Source of the DNA: a virus
Taxonomy: Duplodnaviria > Caudoviricetes
Length of the DNA stretch: 30,279 nucleotides
Virus record (IMG/VR): IMGVR_UViG_3300013767_000134
Location: 1 to 30,279 of that record
Strand: one strand, 5' to 3'
Below, one piece after another: positions 8,685 through 16,213 of the stretch; the stretch's first letter is position 1; the number at the start of each line of letters is the position of its first letter. A model generated the notes under the pieces. That model was given only the letters and a program-made list of their open reading frames with translations. It was not told where the DNA came from and did no database searches. Position numbers and translations under genes: made by a program.

Positions 8685-9737
8685 TTACTCGACGCTCATG
8701 CCGGCGCGCGGGCGGCGGCTGCTGGCGGTGCGAGTGTGGGCCGCGGTCTGAGCGGCCTCGGCGCGTTCGCGGGCGAGGATCTCGGCCTCTTCCTCGGGAC
8801 TGGGCCGCCACTCGTCGGTCGGGCGCCCGACGTCGGCGTCAGCGTGCTTGCGCGCGGTCTCAGGCACGTCGACCTTGGCATCGGGGCCGAGCGAACCACG
8901 GATCTCTCCCGTGTCGGCGTCGATCTCGACGCGCGGCGCGTCTTCGTCCTGCACGACCAGAAACTCGCCGTCGATGGTGTCCAGGTTCTGGTCCTTGCCG
9001 GCATCGGCCTGGTTGTCCAGCGCGACAGCGGTCTGGAACTCGATCGACAGCGGCAGGTACTTGGCCAGGCGGCGGATCACGGTCTTGCGGCCCATCTCGA
9101 CGAAGTGGTCCTGCCAGGGGCCGTATTTGCCCTTGCTCTGGGTCGCACGCATGATGTCCTGCACCTGGTACAGGCTCATGAACTCGAAGCTGTGGCCGCC
9201 GTCCTTCAGCTTGGCGACCGCGTAAAAGCCGACCACGCTTCCGCGCTCGCCCATGGCGGGCGTGTGGTTCAGTTTCTCGTCGAGGCCATAGACCAGCTCG
9301 AAATGGTCGTGCTCGCAGACCTCGTGCGCGGCGATGCTGACGATCTGGCCGCTACGGCGCGCCAAGTCGATGAGGCCCTTGTAGCCGATGATGACCTGCA
9401 CGCTGTTGACCCAGCGCTCGTTGCCATTGCCGTCCTTGCGCTTCGTGTTGAAGGGCACCAGGTAGGCGTGCCCCAGCACGGTGTTGGGCTCCAGGCCCAT
9501 CTGCGCGCACTGGCCGATAGCGCCGACCAGCGACGGCACGTCGCATTTGGCCAGGGCCGGCGTGGTCGTGGCCGCGATCTGAGCCACCTTCAGCAGGCGG
9601 TCGATGCTCAGGGTTTTTGGCAGCATCTTCGCGAGCTCGCCCTTCTTTTGGTTGAGCAGGTAGGCGATCTGCTCCTTTGGCTTCATCTCGGCCAACGGGC
9701 GCTGAGGGCGGTCCTTCAGTTCGGCGATCGTCGTCAT
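8685..9737 (-). CDS. recT: RecT-family single-strand annealing recombinase
   Basis: AQMGLEPNTVLGHAYLVPF, IIGYKGLIDLARRSGQI, GPWQDHFVEMGRKTVIRRLAKYLPLSIE. Confidence 0.95.
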   Translation of the reverse strand: MTTIAELKDRPQRPLAEMKPKEQIAYLLNQKKGELAKMLPKTLSIDRLLKVAQIAATTTPALAKCDVPSLVGAIGQCAQMGLEPNTVLGHAYLVPFNTKRKDGNGNERWVNSVQVIIGYKGLIDLARRSGQIVSIAAHEVCEHDHFELVYGLDEKLNHTPAMGERGSVVGFYAVAKLKDGGHSFEFMSLYQVQDIMRATQSKGKYGPWQDHFVEMGRKTVIRRLAKYLPLSIEFQTAVALDNQADAGKDQNLDTIDGEFLVVQDEDAPRVEIDADTGEIRGSLGPDAKVDVPETARKHADADVGRPTDEWRPSPEEEAEILARERAEAAQTAAHTRTASSRRPRAGMSVE

Positions 9738-9750
9738 GGTCGTGAGTCCT

Positions 9751-10596
9751 TTACTCGTGGAAATGGCAGGTGTCCCAGCGTGCGCAGTACTTCTCCGAGC
9801 ACAGCATCGACTGGGGGTTAGGGGGGAAGAGGCCGGTGCGGAACATGGCGGCGGCGTGCTCGAGCAGGCCGGGCTGGTCGGGCGTGCCGACCATCACGCG
9901 CTTGGCGTCGAAGACCTCGCTGGCCTGTACCTGCGGCTTGCTCGTCGTCTGTAGCGCGAGCACCTGGCCGCCGACGGTGACGACGTCCTCGGTATGCTCG
10001 TACATGAGCTGGTAGGTGCCGATCTGCGCGCTGCGACCCTTGGTCTTGGCCACGCCGTGTTCAATGACGCGCGAGCCGGTCTTCACGTCGGGGATGACGA
10101 TGCCGGCGCTGGTCGCGGCGACGCGTGCGCGGTCCATGGTCCCGGTGAGGCGCACGACCTGGCCGCCGCCGCAGTCAATCTCCAGCGGGGTCAGGGTCTG
10201 CTCCACCGACTTGAACGTGAAGCGAGGCGACAGGTCGAGGCAGTAGCGGGTGTGCAGCTGCAGGCCGATCTTCTCGGCGTCCGACAGCGTCAGCGCATCC
10301 TTCGAGTAGTCGACCTCGCGTTCCGGGTGGTGCAGGGTGTCAACGAAAGCACCAGCCGCGTCGTCAGCCGAGACCGAGCTGGAGCCCGGCAGCCGTCCGT
10401 TGTCGAAAATTGCCGTGCTGGCGTGGATGGCGGTGCCGAGCTGGGCACGCAGGCCTGCCGGCTTGCGGATGCCCAGAAGGTGTTCGCCTTCCCAGCGGTG
10501 GGCGCAGTCGAACAGCGAGCCCCAGCTGGAGGCGCGCACCGTTGTCACGCTGCGGCTGGCGTCGACGATGGGGATGATGCGATCGGGCGCGTTCAT
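9751..10596 (-). CDS. PD-(D/E)XK exonuclease, Cas4/AddB-like; probable RecE-type partner of RecT
   Basis: GTAIH, GTMD, PDVKTG, QIGTY, one N-terminal plus three C-terminal Cys (Fe-S staple pattern); start reassigned to 10596. Confidence 0.85.
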   Translation of the reverse strand: MNAPDRIIPIVDASRSVTTVRASSWGSLFDCAHRWEGEHLLGIRKPAGLRAQLGTAIHASTAIFDNGRLPGSSSVSADDAAGAFVDTLHHPEREVDYSKDALTLSDAEKIGLQLHTRYCLDLSPRFTFKSVEQTLTPLEIDCGGGQVVRLTGTMDRARVAATSAGIVIPDVKTGSRVIEHGVAKTKGRSAQIGTYQLMYEHTEDVVTVGGQVLALQTTSKPQVQASEVFDAKRVMVGTPDQPGLLEHAAAMFRTGLFPPNPQSMLCSEKYCARWDTCHFHE

Positions 10597-11660
10597 TGGG
10601 TCTCCGCGGCGCAACGGCGGATGTCTTCCAGCGCGGTGTCCTGGCTGGCGAAAAAGTCGGGGGCCGGGCGGCCGGTGCTGGCCTCGTAGATCAGGCGGCC
10701 GGCCATCTCATTGCCGAGCTCGCGCTCCAGCGTGGCGCCGGCCTCTCCACCGAACACGACGGCCCAGCCAGCGCGGCAATGCGTGGTGCCGCAGTGCCAG
10801 CTGGTCATGTCCAGCCTGCCGGCCTCGGCTGCCTCGGCGACGCGCTTGTCCAGGTCCGGGATGACCGGAACCTGGAGGGTCTTGACGAGGTTGAGGCGGT
10901 CCACGGTGCTGTCGTCGGCGATGCTGAGCACGCGGTCCACGGTGCTGTCGTCGGCGATGCTGAGCACGCGGTCCACGGTGCTGTCGTCGGCGATGCTGAG
11001 CACGCGGGCCACGGTGCTGGAGGAGGCGATGCTGAGCACGCGGGCCACGGTGCTGGAGGAGGCGATGCTGAGCACGCGGTCCACGGTGCTGTCGTCGGCG
11101 ATGCTGAGCACGCGGGCCACGGTGCTGTCGTCGGCGATGCTGAGCACGCGGTCCACGGTGCTGTCGTCGGCGATGCTGAGCACGCGGGCCACGGTGCTGT
11201 CGTCGGCGATGCTGAGCACGCGGGCCACGGTGCTGGAGGAGGCGATGCTGAGCACGCGGTCCACGGTGCTGTCGTCGGCGATGCTGAGCACGCGGGCCAC
11301 GGTGCTGGAGGAGGCGATGCTGAGCACGCGGGCCACGGTGCTGGAGGAGGCGATGCTGAGCACGCGGTCCACGGTGCTGTCGTCGGCGATGCTGAGCACG
11401 CGGGCCACGGTGCTGTCGTCGGCGATGCTGAGCACGCGGTCCACGGTGCTGTCGTCGGCGATGCTGAGCACGCGGGCCACGGTGCTGTCGTCGGCGATGC
11501 TGAGCACGCGGGCCACGGTGCTGGAGGAGGCGCGGTTGCCCAGGATCCGCGCCAGGTCGCTGTCGCTCAGATCCTCGAGGTTTCCCAGCGCCTTCTCGTA
11601 CATGGCGCGGGACGCGCGCAGTTGGTCCAGCAGGCTGATCGTGGTGGGGGCAGAAGTCAT
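10593..11660 (-). CDS. 12-aa tandem-repeat protein with C-terminal WHCGTTHCRAGW domain
   Basis: GGAG RBS, ATGA coupling at both ends, repeat (DD/SS)STV(A/D)RVLSIA, globular-looking C-terminus. Confidence 0.8.
   Translation of the reverse strand: MTSAPTTISLLDQLRASRAMYEKALGNLEDLSDSDLARILGNRASSSTVARVLSIADDSTVARVLSIADDSTVDRVLSIADDSTVARVLSIADDSTVDRVLSIASSSTVARVLSIASSSTVARVLSIADDSTVDRVLSIASSSTVARVLSIADDSTVARVLSIADDSTVDRVLSIADDSTVARVLSIADDSTVDRVLSIASSSTVARVLSIASSSTVARVLSIADDSTVDRVLSIADDSTVDRVLSIADDSTVDRLNLVKTLQVPVIPDLDKRVAEAAEAGRLDMTSWHCGTTHCRAGWAVVFGGEAGATLERELGNEMAGRLIYEASTGRPAPDFFASQDTALEDIRRCAAETQ
10896..11532. repeat. 36-bp tandem repeat, 17 full units plus one partial
   Basis: Unit gcgg(t/g)ccacggtgctg(tcgtc/gagga)ggcgatgctgagcac; CCAC recurs every 36 nt from 10901 to 11513. 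Confidence 0.97.
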
Positions 11661-11779
11661 CGGATGCTCCGGTTCAGGTTGAAATCGCGAAGCACCGTGG
11701 TGATCGCGCGGCGGGCGGCGTAGCGGCGGGGAAGGCCGCAGCGCCGGTGGAATCGGTAGAGGCGCAGTGCGACCAGCAC
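11657..11779 (-). CDS. Small basic protein (40 aa), not in ORF track
   Basis: GTG start, MLVALRLYRFHRRCGLPRRYAARRAITTVLRDFNLNRSIR; stop overlaps the next ATG (ATGA) and it fills the gap exactly. Confidence 0.55.
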   Translation of the reverse strand: MLVALRLYRFHRRCGLPRRYAARRAITTVLRDFNLNRSIR

Positions 11780-11780
11780 G

Positions 11781-11906
11781 TCAGGCCCCCAGCAAGTCGA
11801 GGACGGCGCAGATCGCGTCGCAGGGATGGGCGGCGAACACCACCAGGTCGAAGCCGCGGCCGCGCACGCGGTAGAGGCGTCCGGGGACGATGGGCCGGGC
11901 GCTCAT
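11781..11906 (-). CDS. Small protein (41 aa), not in ORF track
   Basis: MSARPIVPGRLYRVRGRGFDLVVFAAHPCDAICAVLDLLGA; ATG overlaps the upstream stop. Confidence 0.65.
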   Translation of the reverse strand: MSARPIVPGRLYRVRGRGFDLVVFAAHPCDAICAVLDLLGA

Positions 11907-12292
11907 TCGTCGCCTTCCAGCTCGGCCAGCAGATCGTCCTGGTGCCAGGCTGCGTGCTCGGCGGCGCGCGCGGCGATCCAGGCCTTGGCGCGCATGTGCA
12001 GTTCATTTCCGCCATTGCCCTTGGCGCACAGGCCCACGATGCTCAGCAGCTCGTGCAGAGCGGCGTCGCCCGAGGCACCGGCGAAGTTGTCGCTGACGAC
12101 GTCGGCGGCGCTGTGCTCGCGCTTGCCGAAGCCCGGCGTCCGCACGAGCTTGGCCGGGTCGGTCAGCAGCGCGTCGATCAGCTCGTCGCGCAGCGTGACG
12201 AAGGCCTTGTCGGCCAGGTTGTCGCAGCGGTCTTTGCGGGCGAGGTGGCGGGCCAGGCCAACGACCATCGGGTTCTCAATGGCGATACGCAT
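11903..12292 (-). CDS. Hypothetical early protein
   Basis: ATG at 12292 after GAGGG; helical composition; operon packing. Confidence 0.7.
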   Translation of the reverse strand: MRIAIENPMVVGLARHLARKDRCDNLADKAFVTLRDELIDALLTDPAKLVRTPGFGKREHSAADVVSDNFAGASGDAALHELLSIVGLCAKGNGGNELHMRAKAWIAARAAEHAAWHQDDLLAELEGDE

Positions 12293-12303
12293 TGCGGCCA
12301 CCC

Positions 12304-12618
12304 TCAGGCGAAGATCAGGTCGTTGATGGCTGCGGTCGCGGTCGCGTCGCGCTGGGCCTTCTCGATGGCAGCTGTGGCCAGCCTCTCGGCGCGCAGCTTG
12401 GCGTCTGCGATCAGCTCGCGGGCCTTGAGCGGGTCGATCTTCTCGACACCGTTGTGTGGCACGAACTTGTAGAGCTGGGTGCCGGCCTGGTTGACCAGGA
12501 TGTAGGCGTCGGGCAGGTAGTCGCCAGGCGTGGCGATGGCAGCCTTCACTACCAGGGTGAGGAAGCCGACCTTCACGGTCGCGCCGATGTCCCAGGCTTG
12601 ACGGGTCTTCTTGATCAT
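12304..12618 (-). CDS. First PL-operon protein, hypothetical
   Basis: AAGGAG RBS before ATG at 12618; MIKKTRQAWDIGATVKVGFL...YKFVPHNG. Confidence 0.8.
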   Translation of the reverse strand: MIKKTRQAWDIGATVKVGFLTLVVKAAIATPGDYLPDAYILVNQAGTQLYKFVPHNGVEKIDPLKARELIADAKLRAERLATAAIEKAQRDATATAAINDLIFA

Positions 12619-12635
12619 CTTCGGCTCCTTAAAAA

Positions 12636-12695
12636 TGCGTGTAGCGCAAGGCGTTGGACGCATATTAGGACCGAATTAAAAATGCGTCAAGCGCA
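12636..12695. promoter_or_regulatory. OL operators (TGCG-N5-CGCA)
   Basis: TGCGTGTAGCGCA 12636-12648, GGCGTTGGACGCA 12650-12662, TGCGTCAAGCGCA 12683-12695; same motif as at PR. Confidence 0.75.
12662..12690 (-). promoter_or_regulatory. PL-like sigma70 promoter
   Basis: Minus strand TTGACG-17 nt-TAATAT upstream of the early operon. Confidence 0.8.
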
Positions 12696-12712
12696 TTTAA
12701 TGCGGCAAGGCG

Positions 12713-12737
12713 AAAAAAACCCGCTCTCGGCGGGTTG
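12713..12737 (-). terminator. Intrinsic terminator of the cI-acyltransferase-hydrolase transcript
   Basis: AACCCGC/GCGGGTT hairpin followed by a T7 run on the minus strand, just past the hydrolase stop. Confidence 0.8.
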
Positions 12738-12754
12738 ATTGGAGGCGGGATCGC

Positions 12755-13615
12755 TTACTTCGGTGGAGGAGGTGCGGCGGCCTCGGTAGTGGCGCCGCTG
12801 AACTCGTCCAGCACCCATTTCGCGGCGCGATCATGCTCAGCGGTGGTGTGACCGGGTGCAGGGGTTAACAGGAGAGTCAAATCCACAGGTTCCCCGTGGC
12901 CTGCGGCCGTCACGGCGTCGATCAGCCGGAGGGCCTCGTGCGTGCCCACACGGCCGTCAGCGCTGCCGATCTGCAAAAACAGGTGGCGCTTAGCGAGTTG
13001 CGAGGCGTATTTGTCTAGTCCGTAGACGGACTCGTTCACCTTGATCTTGGAGAACTCGTCCAGCCGCTGGAGATCCGTCACCGGCGCCATGCCGACGACA
13101 TCGGTGATCCGCTCATCGGCAGCTGCTGCACGGAGCGCGAGATAGCCGCCGCGGCTCACACCAATGGCCACGACGCGGTTGCCGCTCACGAGCTTGCGGG
13201 CGTGCATGTCCGCCACCACACGCTTCACCCGCTCTATGAACGGCGCGAAGAAATCGCCCTCTGTGTCACCAACTCGCGCTGCCCAGCACCCGAGTCCCTC
13301 GCCAGATCCCTTGCCATTGAGGACGCGATCGACCAGTCGGCGAGCGCGGCCAGGGGTCTCGGCACCGTGGCAGGGGACATCGACCGAGACGACGACGAAG
13401 CCTGCCTTGGCCAGCGTGTTGCCGATCGATGTGAATTCGCCAGTGAGCGAGCTAGCGATTGTCGTCGTGAACATGATCGCCATGTGGCCCGGCTTGGGCT
13501 GGGCGATGAAGCCGTATTCGTCGCCTGCAAAGGTCTTCTGGGTCGTAAACGAGGGAGCTGCGGTGGCGATGCCGGCGGAAAGCAGCAACGCTGCGAGGAT
13601 GGTCTTCTTGGTCAT
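12755..13615 (-). CDS. Exported alpha/beta-hydrolase (esterase-like)
   Basis: Signal peptide MTKKTILAALLLSAGIATA, nucleophile elbow GVSRGG, candidate Asp (SADGRV) and His (PGHTT); start reassigned to 13615. Confidence 0.8.
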   Translation of the reverse strand: MTKKTILAALLLSAGIATAAPSFTTQKTFAGDEYGFIAQPKPGHMAIMFTTTIASSLTGEFTSIGNTLAKAGFVVVSVDVPCHGAETPGRARRLVDRVLNGKGSGEGLGCWAARVGDTEGDFFAPFIERVKRVVADMHARKLVSGNRVVAIGVSRGGYLALRAAAADERITDVVGMAPVTDLQRLDEFSKIKVNESVYGLDKYASQLAKRHLFLQIGSADGRVGTHEALRLIDAVTAAGHGEPVDLTLLLTPAPGHTTAEHDRAAKWVLDEFSGATTEAAAPPPPK

Positions 13616-14745
13616 GTCGTCGCTGGACGACCCCGCGTCCTCAGGATGAAGTTGATGGCGTTCCGGATGTGTGGTTTGAATCGGCGCTGGTTCTCGAAGA
13701 AGTTGGCGAAGGCGCTGGAGGTGGCGATGACGCCTACGGTCGCGACGGCCGCCACGGCATAGGCCTTCCAGAGTGAGTCCCCCATCCAGGTCTGGGTCAG
13801 CGACAGGACCAACAGCAGCAGCGGGAAATGGATCACATAGAGGCTGTAGGAGTAGTCGCCGCTCCTGATCAGCCAGCTCGTAGGCTGCTGGCCCCATGAT
13901 GCGAAGAAGATCGCATACATGTAGGCGATGCATGCGACGAACTGCAGGCCGAACGAGGCCCACACGCTCGGCTTCTCGACCACCAGCATGCCCGGCGCGA
14001 TGGCCAGAAGGACAAGATGAACCGCTAGACCAGCACCCGCGAGCGCAGCGAAGATCGTCTTGAACCTCTCGGCCTGCGCGCGCCAGATCGACAAAGCCGC
14101 ACCCAGGCCCCAGACGGCGAGATAGAAGACGAACTGGGTGTCACGCCTGATCCACCAAGCCACCAGCACGATCGCAACGATCGCCGCCGCCAGGCGTTTG
14201 ACCACGCCGGTCGCTGTCACGGCGATTGCTGCGAAGAGGGCAAAGATGTAGAGGTGAAACTCGATATAGAGCGACCAGAGCGGCCCGTCGGCGTCGAGCA
14301 TGCCGTTTTGCATCAGCAGGGCCAGCAGCACATCCTTCGCCTTCACGGTGAACTGCTCGCGCACCGCGTAGAGGTCGCCTGGCTGGCCGTAACGGTTGGC
14401 GCCAGGCAGGCCCAGGCCATGGATGATCGCAAAGGCCACCAGGACGATCACGATGGCGCCGACCAGTGGCGGGTAGATGCGCGCGATGCGGGCCGCCAAG
14501 TATTCGGCCACGTCGAGGCGTCCATTGCGGTACACGTTTGTGACGATGCTCAGCGTGATCAGGAAGCCGCTCAACAGGAAGAACACCAGCACCGCGTGGC
14601 GGGCGATTGTGCCGCCGGCCAAGGCCAACGGGTGATCGGGTCCCAGGAAGCGGTAGAGGAAGACTGCCGCGGCGTGTGGAATCAGGACGGCGATCGAGGC
14701 GACACCCCGAAGCATGTCGAATTTGTTTTGATGGGTAGCCTGCAT
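13612..14745 (-). CDS. Acyltransferase-3 family membrane O-acyltransferase (OafA/Oac-like, no SGNH domain)
   Basis: DMLRGVA..V...H, VFFLLSGFLI, RIARIYP, LWSLYIE, GDYSYSLYVIHFP; many hydrophobic segments. Confidence 0.9.
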   Translation of the reverse strand: MQATHQNKFDMLRGVASIAVLIPHAAAVFLYRFLGPDHPLALAGGTIARHAVLVFFLLSGFLITLSIVTNVYRNGRLDVAEYLAARIARIYPPLVGAIVIVLVAFAIIHGLGLPGANRYGQPGDLYAVREQFTVKAKDVLLALLMQNGMLDADGPLWSLYIEFHLYIFALFAAIAVTATGVVKRLAAAIVAIVLVAWWIRRDTQFVFYLAVWGLGAALSIWRAQAERFKTIFAALAGAGLAVHLVLLAIAPGMLVVEKPSVWASFGLQFVACIAYMYAIFFASWGQQPTSWLIRSGDYSYSLYVIHFPLLLLVLSLTQTWMGDSLWKAYAVAAVATVGVIATSSAFANFFENQRRFKPHIRNAINFILRTRGRPATT

Positions 14746-14748
14746 CTA

Positions 14749-15378
14749 TTACCTTGGCACGAAAGAGCCGATGACCACGCCGCAGATCAGTGTGCCAACC
14801 GGGCAGCGGATCACGCGGTCAGGCCAAGCAGGGTTCAGGGCAAGCAAATAGCGGCCCTCTGAGTCTTCCTTCAATCGTTTGAAGGTGACCTTGCCATCTG
14901 GCGTGCGTGCGACCACATCACGGTTCGGTGTGGCAGCAATGGCAGGGTCTACAAACACAATCTCACCCTCGCGGTACCCGCCTGGCCCATCCATACTATC
15001 TCCGATGACCTTCAGGGCGAAGGTGTTCGAGCTGTGGCGAGCCGGGCAGGGTAGCCATTCATCAGCATCCCCTGGATGGAATGGATCGTGCGCGGCGCAC
15101 CACGCGCCGGCCTGGACCCAGGAAATCAAGGGCACCTGCCCAGCCGGAACTACGGTGCGCTCGAAAAATTCCTGTGCGTTGGTATCGGAATCGAAGAAGT
15201 CTCGGACATGAACGCCCAGGGCGCCCGCCAAACGCTCCAGCAGCTCAGGGCTATAGCCCTGCCTGCCGCGTTCCAGGCGCGATAGGTTGCCCACATCGCT
15301 CTCGATGATGTTCGCCACCTCGAGCAGGGTCATGTGCCGGCTCTTGCGAAGCCGCCGGATCGTCTCGCCGATATTCAT
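14749..15378 (-). CDS. cI: CI-like repressor (XRE HTH + S24 peptidase)
   Basis: MNIGETIRRLRK HTH, VPLISWVQAG cleavage site, GDSM Ser and TFKRL Lys; start reassigned to 15378. Confidence 0.93.
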   Translation of the reverse strand: MNIGETIRRLRKSRHMTLLEVANIIESDVGNLSRLERGRQGYSPELLERLAGALGVHVRDFFDSDTNAQEFFERTVVPAGQVPLISWVQAGAWCAAHDPFHPGDADEWLPCPARHSSNTFALKVIGDSMDGPGGYREGEIVFVDPAIAATPNRDVVARTPDGKVTFKRLKEDSEGRYLLALNPAWPDRVIRCPVGTLICGVVIGSFVPR

Positions 15379-15401
15379 GCCCAGCAGTTTCCCCGACGAC
15401 T

Positions 15402-15462
15402 TGCGTTGAGCGCAAAGCTTGTTGCGCATTTCTTCGCGACGACGTAATATGCGTGTAGCGCA
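15402..15462 (+). promoter_or_regulatory. PR promoter and OR operators
   Basis: TTGCGC(15422)-17 nt-TAATAT(15445); operators TGCGTTGAGCGCA 15402-15414 and TGCGTGTAGCGCA 15450-15462, the latter identical to the site at 12636. Confidence 0.78.
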
Positions 15463-15485
15463 TTTATCGCCGAAGAGGCTGACGC

Positions 15486-15719
15486 ATGAAAACACCCCTC
15501 AGGTTGGCGCGTGAGCGCCACGGATTGACCATCGTTCAGGTCTCGGCCTCCGCCGGAATCGACCCAGGCAATCTGAGTCGCATCGAGCGCGGCGTCCAGG
15601 TTCCCTCGCTGGAGCTGGCGGAGCGCTTGGCCAAGCAGTTTGAAGGCGAGCTGACCGAGCTGCAGATCCTTTATCCGGAGCGTTACGTCGCGGCGGGTCA
15701 AGGCGCCGAGGCGGCCTGA
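15486..15719 (+). CDS. cro: Cro-like XRE HTH regulator
   Basis: Divergent from cI; GIDPGNLSRIERG helix closely resembles the cI helix SDVGNLSRLERG, consistent with shared operators. Confidence 0.88.
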   Translation: MKTPLRLARERHGLTIVQVSASAGIDPGNLSRIERGVQVPSLELAERLAKQFEGELTELQILYPERYVAAGQGAEAA

Positions 15720-15722
15720 CCC

Positions 15723-16019
15723 ATGGCCCTCGATCACGGCCAGCTCAACGTGCCGGGCCGCACGAACACGATCAACCGCGACATCGATCGGTTCAAGGCC
15801 GCCCGCGCCGCCGAGCAGCGCACCGCAGCGAAGCAACGGCACGACCTGCGCACGGTCGCCAAGGCCGCCGTGGCCGCGCTGAGCGCCGAGCGCGTCGGGC
15901 AGCTGGCGCAGCGGCTCGGCGTCACGCCAGCGCGGGCCCGCAAAGACTTGGCCCGCGCGGCGCATTGGACGCCGGCCCTGTGCCTGAAGGCGCTGGTCAA
16001 CGATGAGCGGAGGGCCTGA
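15723..16019 (+). CDS. Hypothetical basic protein, possible HTH
   Basis: ATG 3 nt after the cro stop; VGQLAQRLGVTPARARKDL is HTH-like. Confidence 0.65.
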   Translation: MALDHGQLNVPGRTNTINRDIDRFKAARAAEQRTAAKQRHDLRTVAKAAVAALSAERVGQLAQRLGVTPARARKDLARAAHWTPALCLKALVNDERRA

Positions 16020-16030
16020 CCGGTGGCCGT

Positions 16031-16150
16031 TCACGCGCCCACCTCGCGCGCCATGAGCACCAGCTCGTGCGCTAGCGCCAGCAGGGCGCGCTCCAAGGTC
16101 CGCCGCACTTTCGCGCGGGCCCATTCCAGATCGTCGTTGTCGGCTTGCAT
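16031..16150 (-). CDS. Possible small antisense ORF (39 aa)
   Basis: MQADNDDLEWARAKVRRTLERALLALAHELVLMAREVGA, directly downstream of a PRE-like promoter, fills the gap between + genes. Confidence 0.4.
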   Translation of the reverse strand: MQADNDDLEWARAKVRRTLERALLALAHELVLMAREVGA

Positions 16151-16158
16151 GCCAAAAA

Positions 16159-16192
16159 TTTTTAGCCGCGCAAGCCTCTCAACGCCACTCAA
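16159..16192 (-). promoter_or_regulatory. PRE-like CII-activated promoter candidate
   Basis: Minus strand TTGA-GTGGCG-TTGA direct repeat; TAAAAA -10-like box 18 nt after the N6; lies just upstream of the cII-position gene. Confidence 0.5.
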
Positions 16193-16213
16193 CGAAGTTG
16201 CGAGAGGTTGAGG

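Noticed and set aside
10896-11532. 36-bp repeat as a CRISPR array next to a Cas4-like nuclease
   Set aside because: Units are head-to-tail with no unique spacers and stay in frame within a CDS; no cas1/cas2 present; the nuclease sits beside recT as a recombination exonuclease
10896-11532. TALE-like repeat or diversity-generating retroelement
   Set aside because: The 12-aa unit has no resemblance to 34-aa TALE repeats; no reverse transcriptase or adenine-specific TR/VR pair is visible
10596-11723. Long + strand ORFs (375 and 323 aa) over the repeat
   Set aside because: Open only because the repeat lacks stops in those frames; the minus-strand ORF has the RBS, coupling and operon orientation
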